Below are positions 13,130 through 23,458 of a DNA stretch of 64,000 nt, piece by piece. The position numbers and the translations under genes are program-made. The DNA comes from Octopus bimaculoides (lineage: Eukaryota). The DNA lies in NCBI RefSeq assembly GCF_001194135.2, contig NC_068981.1:188066714-188130713 (forward strand), written 5' to 3'. Numbering within the stretch: the stretch's first letter is position 1; every line of letters begins with the position of its first letter. The notes beneath the pieces were generated by a model. The model did not search any database, was not told the origin of the DNA, and was given only the letters and a program-made list of their open reading frames with translations.

Positions 13130-13234
13130 AGTTTGAAGACTTTGAAAGACGAGAAGAAATGCGTTCAATTGTGCAAAAGTATATCCAAGTAGAACGGCTC
13201 GACAAACCTATGAAGATACTGAAGAAAACAGAAG
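13130..13234 (+). CDS. Candidate 105-nt internal coding exon (phase 1-1): (E)FEDFERREEMRSIVQKYIQVERLDKPMKILKKTE(G)
   Basis: aacag acceptor and GAAG|gtaaat donor; only one open frame, symmetric phase, helical-looking peptide. Weak pyrimidine tract, no homolog recognised. Confidence 0.4.
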
Positions 13235-13344
13235 GTAAATTTCAATACAAGCGGTGAAGGCATTGAATTCGTTAACCCATTGGAATTGAAAGCTAGTCTG
13301 GTGAAACCCATTTCTATGAAGCCTCTATCTGAAACAGTGAAGAC

Positions 13345-13620
13345 GCAGGTTTAGTGGCCAGGATATTCGGCTCACGATTTTAAGGTAGTGAGTTCGGTTC
13401 CCGGCCACGTTGTCTCCTTGAGCAAGGCACTTTATTTCACATTACTCCAATCCCCTCAGCTGGCAAAAATGCGTTACAATAGTAATTCAAAGGGCCAGCG
13501 TTGTTACATTCATTGTCATGCTTAATCTTCCCTACGTTAAGATTATGCGTGTTAGTAGAGGGCCCAGCCACTTGCGCATTAATTTCACGAATAGCCACGT
13601 ATCCGATGAAGTGCCCCGAG
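13345..13620 (+). mobile_element. Old SINE, family B-related with CORE-like ccttgagcaaggcac segment
   Basis: tRNA-like head, ttgagcaaggcactttatttcac, gtaattcaaagggccagc, ctacgttaag, cagccacttgc shared with the family B tail. Confidence 0.7.
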
Positions 13621-13626
13621 AATGAA

Positions 13627-13677
<51 letters not shown>

Positions 13678-14041
13678 ATATATATATATATGTGTATATA
13701 NNNNNNNNNNNNNNNNNNNNNNNNNNNNNNNNNNNNNNNNNNNNNNNNNNNNNNNNNNNNNNNNNNNNNNNNNNNNNNNNNNNNNNNNNNNNNNNNNNNN
13801 NNNNNNNNNNNNNNNNNNNNNNNNNNNNNNNNNNNNNNNNNNNNNNNNNNNNNNNNNNNNNNNNNNNNNNNNNNNNNNNNNNNNNNNNNNNNNNNNNNNN
13901 NNNNNNNNNNNNNNNNNNNNNNNNNNNNNNNNNNNNNNNNNNNNNNNNNNNNNNNNNNNNNNNNNNNNNNNNNNNNNNNNNNNNNNNNNNNNNNNNNNNN
14001 NNNNGATTTCGGCGTTCGACAGCTGATGGGTCATCAGCTGT

Positions 14042-14086
14042 CGAACGCCGACGAAGGGAAATAACCCTGAAATCCGGATACGTTCG
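14042..14086 (+). ncRNA. Minimal type I hammerhead ribozyme motif (U4C core variant)
   Basis: Stem I cgaacg/cgttcg; core CCGACGA; stem II AGGG-aaataa-CCCT; GAA; palindromic stem III ATCCGGAT; cleavage triplet AUA. Confidence 0.6.
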
Positions 14087-14499
14087 TGCTGCTGGCCGAG
14101 GTGAGAGGGATAACTCCCTTGGCAAACAGGACACAGTCGTGTGTCGATAAGCCAGCTGGAGGAGATGTCCTCCTGGGGCTAAAAGCAACAGTAACATCCA
14201 CCCCTAGGGGTCAGCCACACTTAAGTGGCAATATACTACACTTTATCGTGCAGTTACTGTTAATACTTCATATAGAGAATTAACATTGCTATATATATAT
14301 ATATATATATAAATCTTTAGTTAAATATATCCTATGAGGATATTATACACTGAATTGAATTTACAGTGAGCGCTCTTTTGTATCAAAGTATTAATTCTAT
14401 TAAAGTGTTTATACATTTAATACAAGCGATTATAAACTATTAAATTTTAAACTTTCATATTTATTATTACATATCTATACTTATACATATTTACATAGA

Positions 14500-14825
14500 G
14501 GGATTTCAACCATGTTTCGTGGTCTGCTACCACAACAGCTCCTTTATAGGATCCAGTTAACTCAAGACATCATCAGGAAGAACCACGTCCGGTTTCGGCC
14601 CCTACTCCTCTACCGTTTTGACGTGGCGGGGCCCCGCCCTTCTGAGGTGTCTTCAGCTCTGGTGTTGAGTGCATGTCTTCTGTCTCCTTCTTTCTTCTGT
14701 TCCCTGGCCTCTTCGATGCTGCGTCAAAGAGTGTCAGCGGCCAACTGACTGTCTTGTCAAATTTCCCTTTATATACCTGCTGCTAGGCTCCAGCAGGCAG
14801 CCCCAGAAATTTGTCACGTGACACT
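14500..14825 (-). mobile_element. GC-rich LTR/pLTR-like repeat fragment
   Basis: Minus strand starts tgtcacgtgaca, has tatataaaggg and several degenerate ctgaNga..GAAAC modules; family not identified. Confidence 0.35.
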
Positions 14826-14985
14826 GTCTAAACTTTCCAATGAAGGGCGCGTAGTCTTATCCGTGAAGGGGTGTGTTGTTATGTATATGTATATACATAA
14901 ATAGGCATACATCTTTTTTGTATGAATGTGTGCCTGTGTGTGTGAGAGACAGAGAAAAAGAGAGAGAGATTTCCACTTAGACATC

Positions 14986-15030
<45 letters not shown>

Positions 15031-15279
15031 TACACATACATAGAAAAAGATGTATGCATATGTATTTATGTATGTACGTATACATGACAACACACTCCTT
15101 CACTCACACACACACACATACATACATGTATACAAACGTACATAGAAAAACACACTGAGCGTGTGTGACTGACTAGAAATACAAAGAGCTGAACGCGGCG
15201 TGCGAAAAGAAAATAAGTAAAAAAATTTTACGGAAATTGACGAAGCGTGCGAATTCAAAAGGAAATCAAACCTTGTGTG

Positions 15280-15304
15280 TGTATGTATGTATGTATGTGT
15301 GTGC

Positions 15305-15375
<71 letters not shown>
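15280..15375. repeat. (GTAT)n/(GT)n microsatellite
   Basis: Directly visible. Confidence 0.9.
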
Positions 15376-15619
15376 GAATGATTTCAAATTAACATAGCGA
15401 TCGATAAAAATAGACATTTGTTGCAGAGCTGGCTACCAGATGTGCTCTTCCTTTTTGGACTAACATTATTTGAATTTAAAAAAAAAGAATTCGAATGTAG
15501 TTCACTCATTATCACAATATCTTAGATAGAAGAATGAGATAACATTTGCCAAATGTTTATTTCGTGATAAGCAAGGATACGGAGTTATGCAAGATTAAGT
15601 GACTTGAGTGATATGAAAT

Positions 15620-15791
15620 CAGCAGTTCTCAACCGCGGCTTCCACAGCCGCATGAAGCCCTCAAGCATCCTTCTGCGGGCCCCGATGGTCTCCCCTCTAT
15701 ACGTACAGTAAATTTTCTTTTACGGAGCGGCCTACTAAAAATCCTTAGGTTTGGGATCTGGCCTGGATTTTAATAAGGCTGAGAACAACTG
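15620..15791. mobile_element. hAT-type MITE
   Basis: TIRs CAGCAGTTCTCAACC / GGCTGAGAACAACTG; 8-bp flanks tatgaaat/tatgagtt (6/8) fit a hAT TSD. Confidence 0.7.
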
Positions 15792-16029
15792 TATGAGTTT
15801 CTTTGTAGAAACTGGAACAATCGTGTCATGGAAAAGACATTTCTAGCCATTTAAGTTATCTTTAAGTTGTTCCTGTTTGTTAAGAGTATTGTCTCCTGTG
15901 ATGTGTCAGTGACGAAGTCGCAGAGGACTGCGAGATATTTCGATACCTCATAAGACAGCGCACTTTAGAGATAATTCAGAAAATAATGTTGTATTTTTTA
16001 TTCTTTATTATTTTGGTTCATATTAACAT

Positions 16030-16290
16030 TGTGATAGTTACCTGAGGTTACACGTGTGTGTGCGCTAACGCACGAACCTCTCGGCTCTTGAGCCACTTTG
16101 TTACTTCTGCTGAATATTTGGAACGTCCAGTACGGGGGATGGTGTACCTCTCCGTGCCAAAGTTTGGTGCCAACCACTTCAGGATCTTCCATACGTATAT
16201 CGCTGCACATCTTTCTCGTCTGCTCTGCATGGAGTAAAGCTGTAGCTCTTTCAGTCTCTCCCAGTAGCACAAAATGAGGACACCACATCG
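16030..16290 (-). mobile_element. CR1/L2-group LINE 3' fragment
   Basis: YWERLKELQLYSMQSRRERCAAIYVWKILKWLAPNF, typical post-RT motif. Confidence 0.8.
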
Positions 16291-16346
16291 ACTAAAACAA
16301 GAGAAATCTCATATAAAAAAGTATAACTAAGAGTAGGAAGGCGTAC

Positions 16347-16395
<49 letters not shown>

Positions 16396-16429
16396 GCTCT
16401 CAATTATGGTCACCCCACAGTGTCAAATG

Positions 16430-16950
16430 AGCAGTGCTACAACAGGAAGATTGCACCAGTAAAACAGCTGAGCTACTGGGAGAGTCTGAAAGGACTACGA
16501 TTCTATTCCCTGGAGCGAAGACGGGAAACATATGCAGTAATATACGTATGGATAATCCTGAAAGCACCGAGTGCTATGCCAGCACTCGAACTGGACGTTA
16601 CTGCACTGTTCCAATGGTCCTAACTATCCCGTCCAGAATGAGGACCATGTACTACAGTAGCTAATGGTTCAAGGGCCCACAGCTATTGAATGCTATGCCA
16701 AAACATCTGAGGGATCTTCAAGGAGTAGGGGTAGATATTTTCAAGAAAAGAACTTACCTCCTGCTATCCAATGTTTCAGATGGACCAACATCACGGTAAG
16801 AAGCTCAAATGAGGGTAGTAGTGTCGAACCCCCTTCCTTCACCAATAGTGAATCACATAAGAATGGCTATTGAGAATGTGATAACACCAGTGTTGCTCCA
16901 TCATGGCTACAGCCTTTCTGCTGATACGTATAAAAGAATGATAAATAAAT
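16430..16950 (+). mobile_element. CR1/L2-group LINE 3' end including 3' UTR
   Basis: LSYWESLKGLRFYSLERRRETYAVIYVW..TRTGRYC..FKGPQLLNAMPKHLRDL..VDIFKK, with frameshifts; A-rich tail. Confidence 0.8.
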
Positions 16951-17599
16951 GAGTCAAGACAGCGCACTTAATATCATTATATTCGTCTTTATCTGGTTAT
17001 TTGTATAAGGCAAATATAAATGAAGTTTAATTTGAAGTGTTCCAATTAGAAGTGCAAGAAAACAAGGAGGCATTTCTATAACAGATAACATTTGTACATC
17101 AAAACATTGTAGATAGACAGAAGTGAGCAAATGAATTCTTCAATAATATTTCATTCAATTGCTCCGTGTTAGAGGTCGCATGGAAATAATTTAATTTCAA
17201 AGTGTATCTGATTGAATATATCGTAGCTCAGTAAAGTTCTGTATCTCCAATAATTATTCTTTTAATAAGTTAGTTAAAGTAGGAAACGAAGTATCCATAA
17301 CCTTCGTAGAGCCTCCAATCAGACTTTTGCGGGTAAGTGTGAGTGGAGAAAACGTGAAGTCCGAAGGAACCGATAATCTGGTGCTAATACTTAGAGCCTG
17401 ATTGAAAGTAGAAACTACAAACCAACAAAAGAAGATTAACGTGTAACGTAAAAATTCTGGAAATCGTGGTCGATTTCAGTCGTTCCTTGCCGTCTTCAAA
17501 AAGGATAAATATAATTAAATCTGTAGTCCGTATCTACATAATTGACTTAATGACGTGGAGAAGGGAAGGGTATGGTGAAAAAGTTTGTTGATGTAAGAG

Positions 17600-17832
17600 G
17601 TGGAGAGAAAAAGTACCTGTCATGTGATTATGATTCAAATTATCTCCTTCCATAAAATCGTCGTTGCCTGAGTAGGTGCCCGGTGTTACACACGTCAGGT
17701 GACGAAGCGATCGCAGGGCAACATGAGATGAGTTTTGCTCAAGAATACTATGCACTACTCGGTTCAGGAATTAAAACTACGGTCTCGCGAACGTGAGTGC
17801 AACACCCTAACCACTAAGCTATGCGCCCTCAC
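17600..17832 (-). mobile_element. SINE family D (tRNA head plus CORE-like segment)
   Basis: Minus strand gtgagggcgcatagcttagtggttagggtgttgcactcacg..ttaattcctgaacc..ttcttgagcaaaac. Confidence 0.6.
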
Positions 17833-18759
17833 ATACGCACATACACACACACATGCGTACACATAGGGTCTTTTGTCACACATCATTAATAATGCACGGC
17901 AATGACGCGAGATATTCAAGGAAAAACATCAGTATCTTGTTCAGATGTTTGCTTATCTGAGGGGCTTTTTTTTCATACCATGAACAGGGCAAAAGTCTGT
18001 ATGGTGTGTGCCGGCGGGCGTGTGTGTGTTAAGAGGAAAATAATAGGAAAGCAATCTGGAGATACACCAACAGGCCGAAGAGGAAGAGAAAGGAGACTAA
18101 ATGAAGAATGTTAGGGGAAGGGAGAGGATGATACAATCATCTCTGCTGAGATTGTAACGCCAGATTAACAGTACAAAATAAGTATTTGAGTACATACATA
18201 CTTGTGAAATATTGATTTCTAGCATTGGCACAATGCCACAAATTTACTGAAACAGTACAGCCATTGTAACACAATAGTTGGCTAGTACTCACGTTATTGG
18301 TTCTGGCGTGATGTAGGATAAAATCGACCCTGCTGCCATATGAGTTCGTGGTGTAATACGGCAGCATAACTAGTAAGTAGAGCACTAATTATACGGCAGC
18401 ATAATTTGTGCTCCACTAATCCTGCCATATGCTGCCTCATGCCGTACGCGGTCTCTTTGTTGTATAAAATATTTGATTTCTATCCTGGATACGCGGTCAA
18501 GCATATTTTCAAAGTAGGTGTGGGTATGCTTAATTATATCGAACGGTATTTCACCTGTTATTTTATTAACCCTCGAACAATGAAGCAGCCGAGTTAACCT
18601 TGGCGGGATTCGAAATCAGAAATGATAGAGGTGTTGCAAAATATCGTACACCAGTTGCCTATCCCTGTGTCATTTCTCTCAATACATCGTCCCCTTTGCT
18701 GTGTAAGTTATTGATCTCTAACATTGACACAGAACCATGATTTATACTCAATTAAACTG

Positions 18760-18920
18760 GATTCGGTACTAGATTTTTTTTTCTTTCTTTTACTTTTATC
18801 GACCTCGGATGGATGAAACATAAAGTTGACCTCGGCAAAAATCTAACTGAAAGTAAATAACAAAATACCACAAAGCACTTTTTCCATTGCTCTGACGATT
18901 GTGCCAGTATACCGCCCATT
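18760..18920 (-). mobile_element. SINE family A, degraded
   Basis: tttatcgacctcggatggatgaaac..aaagttgacctcggc. Confidence 0.65.
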
Positions 18921-19707
18921 TGATGTATGAATGATTAGCAGCAGTTAGCTTTTATACAGGCAATTAAGATTATATCCTCATTTAAATACATTTATCAGGT
19001 TGTTCATTGTTATGCACCATTACCATTATTCCCCATTCCCTATTACATGTCCAACATGATCCAATCACTAACATATTACGTGTCAGTTGATTGATTGCTT
19101 CAGTGACTGCTCCGATAGCTCGGAAACTATGGATATATCATTATCATTGTTATGCAGTAATCCGGCGAATAGTCGGACTAAATGATAAGTGGTATTAAGT
19201 ATCGTTTCTCTACCTTCTGATCTAAAACCTTACTGAGTGTACATTTGTCATTTATTTGTTAGAGAAGCCTATATTGTATAAATTCCTTAATCTACTAGAA
19301 TCGATTCTATTGAAGAATTCTCCACGTGTAAAATTTCCCGGTATGATATACATTTTTGAAACGTTGCCTACTTAGCAAATGATTTGGATATTAATTACAT
19401 GGCTCAACACGATTTAATATGTCAAAGAAACGAAATAAGCTACACGAGAAACAAATACACAATGACATTTTGTGAAATGGAGTAAAAGACAAGAAGTGTG
19501 ATAGAAGCGATAAACGAAGTGAGATATATTTTTAGATGATTTTAAATCGTAGTTTTATTACATTTTACGTAATAACTGGTTTGATTTCTTGATATTTTCT
19601 CACCGAGCCGGATTTGCCTTGCTCAGTATTGTAAACCCTTTCATTCTTCCATTAATTTCGTAACGATCCTACACAAAATTGTTAAATTAGTTACTATTTA
19701 TATCAAT

Positions 19708-20095
19708 GTGGAGGCGCAATGGCCCACTGGTTAGGGCAACGGACTCGCGGTCGTAGGATCGCGGTTTCAATTCCCAGACCGGGCGTTGTGAGTGTTTATT
19801 GAGCGAAAACACCTAAAGCTCCACGAGGCTCTGGCAGGGGATGGTGGCGAACCCTGCTGTACTCTTCCACCACAACTTTCTCTCACTCTTACTTCCTGTT
19901 TCTGTTGTGCCTGTAATTCAAAGGGTCAGTCTTGTCACACTGTGTCACGCTGAATATCCCTGAGAACTACGTTAAGGGTACACGTGTCTGTGGAGTGCTC
20001 AGCCATTTGCACGTTAATTTCACGAGCAGGCTGTTCCGTTGATCGGATCAACTGGAAACATCGACGTCGTAAGCGACGGAGTGCCAACAACAACA
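19708..20095 (+). mobile_element. SINE family B, full length (tRNA-Arg-like head, (ACA)n tail)
   Basis: A and B box-like head, complete body, perfect 12-bp TSD atttatatcaat (19696-19707 and 20096-20107). Confidence 0.92.
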
Positions 20096-20112
20096 ATTTA
20101 TATCAATATAAA

Positions 20113-20330
20113 GGCAGCGAGCTGGCAGAATTGTTAGCCCGCCGGGAAAATGCTTAGTAGCATTTCGTCCGTCTACACGCTCTGGGTTCAAATTCCGATG
20201 TTTTCACCTTTTACGTTCATCCTTTCGGGGTCGATAAATTAAGTTCCAGTCAAGTACTGGGGTCGATGTGATCGACTATCCCCCCTCCCCTCAAATTCCA
20301 GGCCTTGTGCCTATGATAGAAATCATTATT
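20113..20330 (+). mobile_element. SINE family A, full length
   Basis: Matches the family consensus end to end. Confidence 0.88.
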
Positions 20331-20569
20331 TATGTCCATAAATTTCATTGGTCTCAGAATGGAACATTTCTTTACCTACTCTACAATTTTTAACCATAGA
20401 TGCGATTATTGTATAAAATTATTACATTCAACCACTTCTTCTTCGGTATGATTTAAGTCTTACTCTTAGAGAAAAAAAGTTTAATGGAATTATATATTCC
20501 ACCAATCTGTGAACACAGAACGTTATTACGTTAAAACTAGTTTATTAGCAAACAATCATTGGATTGCAG

Positions 20570-21125
20570 CCATTCTTAGCCACCACCTTGAAGATTTTTA
20601 GTCGACCCTAATACTTATATCCTTTTTGAGTCTAGTATTTACTTTATCGGTCTCTTTTGCCGAACCGTTAGGTTATGGGGACTTAAACTAACAGCGACTG
20701 TCAAGCAGTGGTGGAGTGACAAACACATACACACGGTCCTGGTTTCGATTCCCAAACCGGTAATGCGTTATGGTCTTAAGCAATTCATTTCACATCACTC
20801 TAATCCATACAGCTCTAAATGAATAACCTGCAGTGAACTTGCATTCTGTTCGGGGGCCGTGTTGTCCTGTATGACTAACCAGCGAGTGGCGGCGGGGGAT
20901 GGGGCTCACCCGAATGCTATAACAATGTATAACAACATCTTCAATAACCTAGTCAATATGATGATATATACATGTGTGCGTATATGACGTGGTTCCACAG
21001 TTTCCGTCAACCAAATTCACTCACAATGTATTGGCCTACTCGGGGCCCTTGTAGGAGATACTTGTTCAAGGTGCAGCGCTGTGGGACCGAACTCGAAACC
21101 ACATGGTGATGAAGCGAGATTTAAA
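20570..21125 (-). mobile_element. SINE family C, interrupted by another SINE fragment (about 20735-20900)
   Basis: tttatcggtctcttttgccgaacc (3' part) and cagtttccgtc.accaaattcactcacaa..ttcgagttcggtcccacagc (5' part). Confidence 0.7.
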
Positions 21126-22439
21126 CTTATCCAGTAGGTATGTTTTAAAGAAAATAGATGCAAAAACGAACGGACTCATTATGATTTCGCCGGGCGATTT
21201 TAAGTTAATTATACCAATGATTATAATCATTATAATTATTCTAAAGACTAACCATGATTTGAAAAATTGCTATTCAACAGATTTTCCTCCAAATAACTCG
21301 ACATAACTGATATAATTACAAAGAAAATCAAGTTAGTGTAATTACTGTTTCAAGCAATGATTAAAACATAAGAATATTTTCCATTTAACATTGTAACAGT
21401 TAGCGGAGGCATTTTACACTTTTATATATGTTAGAGTTTTGTATATATTACAAATTTATAATTAGTTGACTCCAATACGATGGGTGTCATCGACAATTCT
21501 GACCAATCTGAATATTAATGTTCTTTTGTCTTGTATTCTAACAATTAAGCTATTGTCCTGTCAATGACACAAGTACATGAGCGCATTACTGTTTGCATGG
21601 AGGCATATCATTATATGATATTTATTTATTGAAAACCTCGATCATAGATATGACGTTTACAGCAGTGTCCATTTCCTGTGCTGCAGTGTATGTATCGATC
21701 TGTTTCACTTATATTCAGTTTGTCCTACAACCTCAATTATAACAAAAAGCAGAAGGCAAGAATTATATGTTGAATGTGGATAACATTATAGCATAAAATT
21801 TATTCTAGTCATGTATTTTTTTTCACTTCGTAATTGACAATCGAGTCTATGTACAGCGCACTTACTGTCGTCATCAGTTCTATTTAAATGCTCCAATATA
21901 TAATTCGACACAAGAAATGGGATTAAAGATGTGTTAGAAGTGTTTGAACTAAGCATAATATGGATTAATTAAATCCATGTGTCAGCTACTACATATGTAT
22001 CATGCTAATAATTGTTTGTATGCGTTAGTATTTTTCGTTTCATATTATTGTGATACTGACACATAAATTGCGATTTCTTTCAGCTGGTTATAATTACTTA
22101 GTAACAAACATGATTTCGTTTTTTGGCTGCGTACGACAGTTAATTCATTCTTCCTCGTGAAAAGAAGTCAAATTCTGATATGTAGAAGAATGAACTTCGT
22201 TTCAACAGAAGTAAACTGAAAAGTATAGAGTTTAAGACGATGGAAATACTGTGTGATGTTTTTTCAGCACGTCTTCATTCTTTCTGCAACACACATACAC
22301 AAGCCAGCCGACCTCATATTTCCACCCATGCCCATCATGTTCATGTTTGATTGGAGCCCACCGTGGGATATCTATATGTGTGTGTGTTTGTGTGTATGTG
22401 TTGATATATAAAAATACATTTGCGTGGTTTGTGTTTGAA

Positions 22440-22985
22440 ATCCCCCACCCTATCGCATCACTTGACAACCTGTGTTGGTTCGTTTAGCCGTTCGTTTAGC
22501 CTATGGTACCATGCTATCCGTTCTTTTTATCTATCTAATACTTTCCTGATTATTCTGGCCGTACCAAGGAGGCAAAATGTTTGTAACAGTTCTACTGGGC
22601 ACTCTATTCCGATTTTTTTAATATTCCTATTGATGCCTTCTGATACTGTTCTCAAGGGCCCATTGGCACTATCTTCACCTTTATTTTCCATAGCCGGACC
22701 TTTAGCACTTAAGAGGGTTGTATTTATCTTTTCGCCTTCCTTCTTGACTATTCGTGGGTCAAAGGGGCATGCAGCATTAACTATATAGCTACTAGGTCCG
22801 GATTGTTATGCTCTAGCACCTGATCTGCTTGGATTTGGAAATCCCAGAGGATTTTGCTATCTCCGATTCCACCACTCTTTATGGTTTGTGCTCATACCAC
22901 GTCTTTCCTCTCTGTAGCCCCCAATTTTCAGAGTTTCCAATGTAACACTCTCGCTACCTGATCGTGTCGCCACAACTTGCAGTGG
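22440..22985 (-). mobile_element. R4/Dong LINE 3' fragment (RLE domain)
   Basis: Minus-strand frames give RHDQVARVLHWKL..WYEHKP..KILWDFQIQADQVLEHNNPDLV and VELLQTFCLLGTARIIRKVLDR*. Confidence 0.8.
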
Positions 22986-23458
22986 TTTTGGGCATGTCTA
23001 GGGCATTCGTTTGTGATTATTATTGAGTGAGAGAGCAGTGCATGCCATCAAAGTGACACTGGAGTATAATATACGAAGCCCAGTATACCCATCATGACTA
23101 CTCGTCTGATAAGGATACACCAGGCACATGTATCATAACCATATGCGCGCAACATAGTAGTCTCATATCAACATAAACTACGCATGACTTTGCAAGTGGG
23201 GCCCAGTTAAAATTTTCTTCAGGTCGAGTAGCCCATCCCGCACAAAAGATCCCTGAATATGAGTTAAGGATGTTGAACGAAACACACGTTTTCATAGGTG
23301 AATTATCCAAACCCCAAAGAATTCCTTTCAACACATGGCTATGATGCTCCCCCACTACTTCTGCTCGTGATCAGATATGCACATATCCACATATCATCGG
23401 CCACTAAGGGACATACTCAACTGGTTAAGGTCAAACAACTGTATATATATATATATAT

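Noticed and set aside
18331-18510. Short repeated motifs ggcagcataa/tatgctgcc and tacgcggtc
   Set aside because: Too short and irregular to define an element
19708-19790. tRNA-like sequences at SINE heads
   Set aside because: No complete cloverleaf or terminator; they continue into SINE bodies
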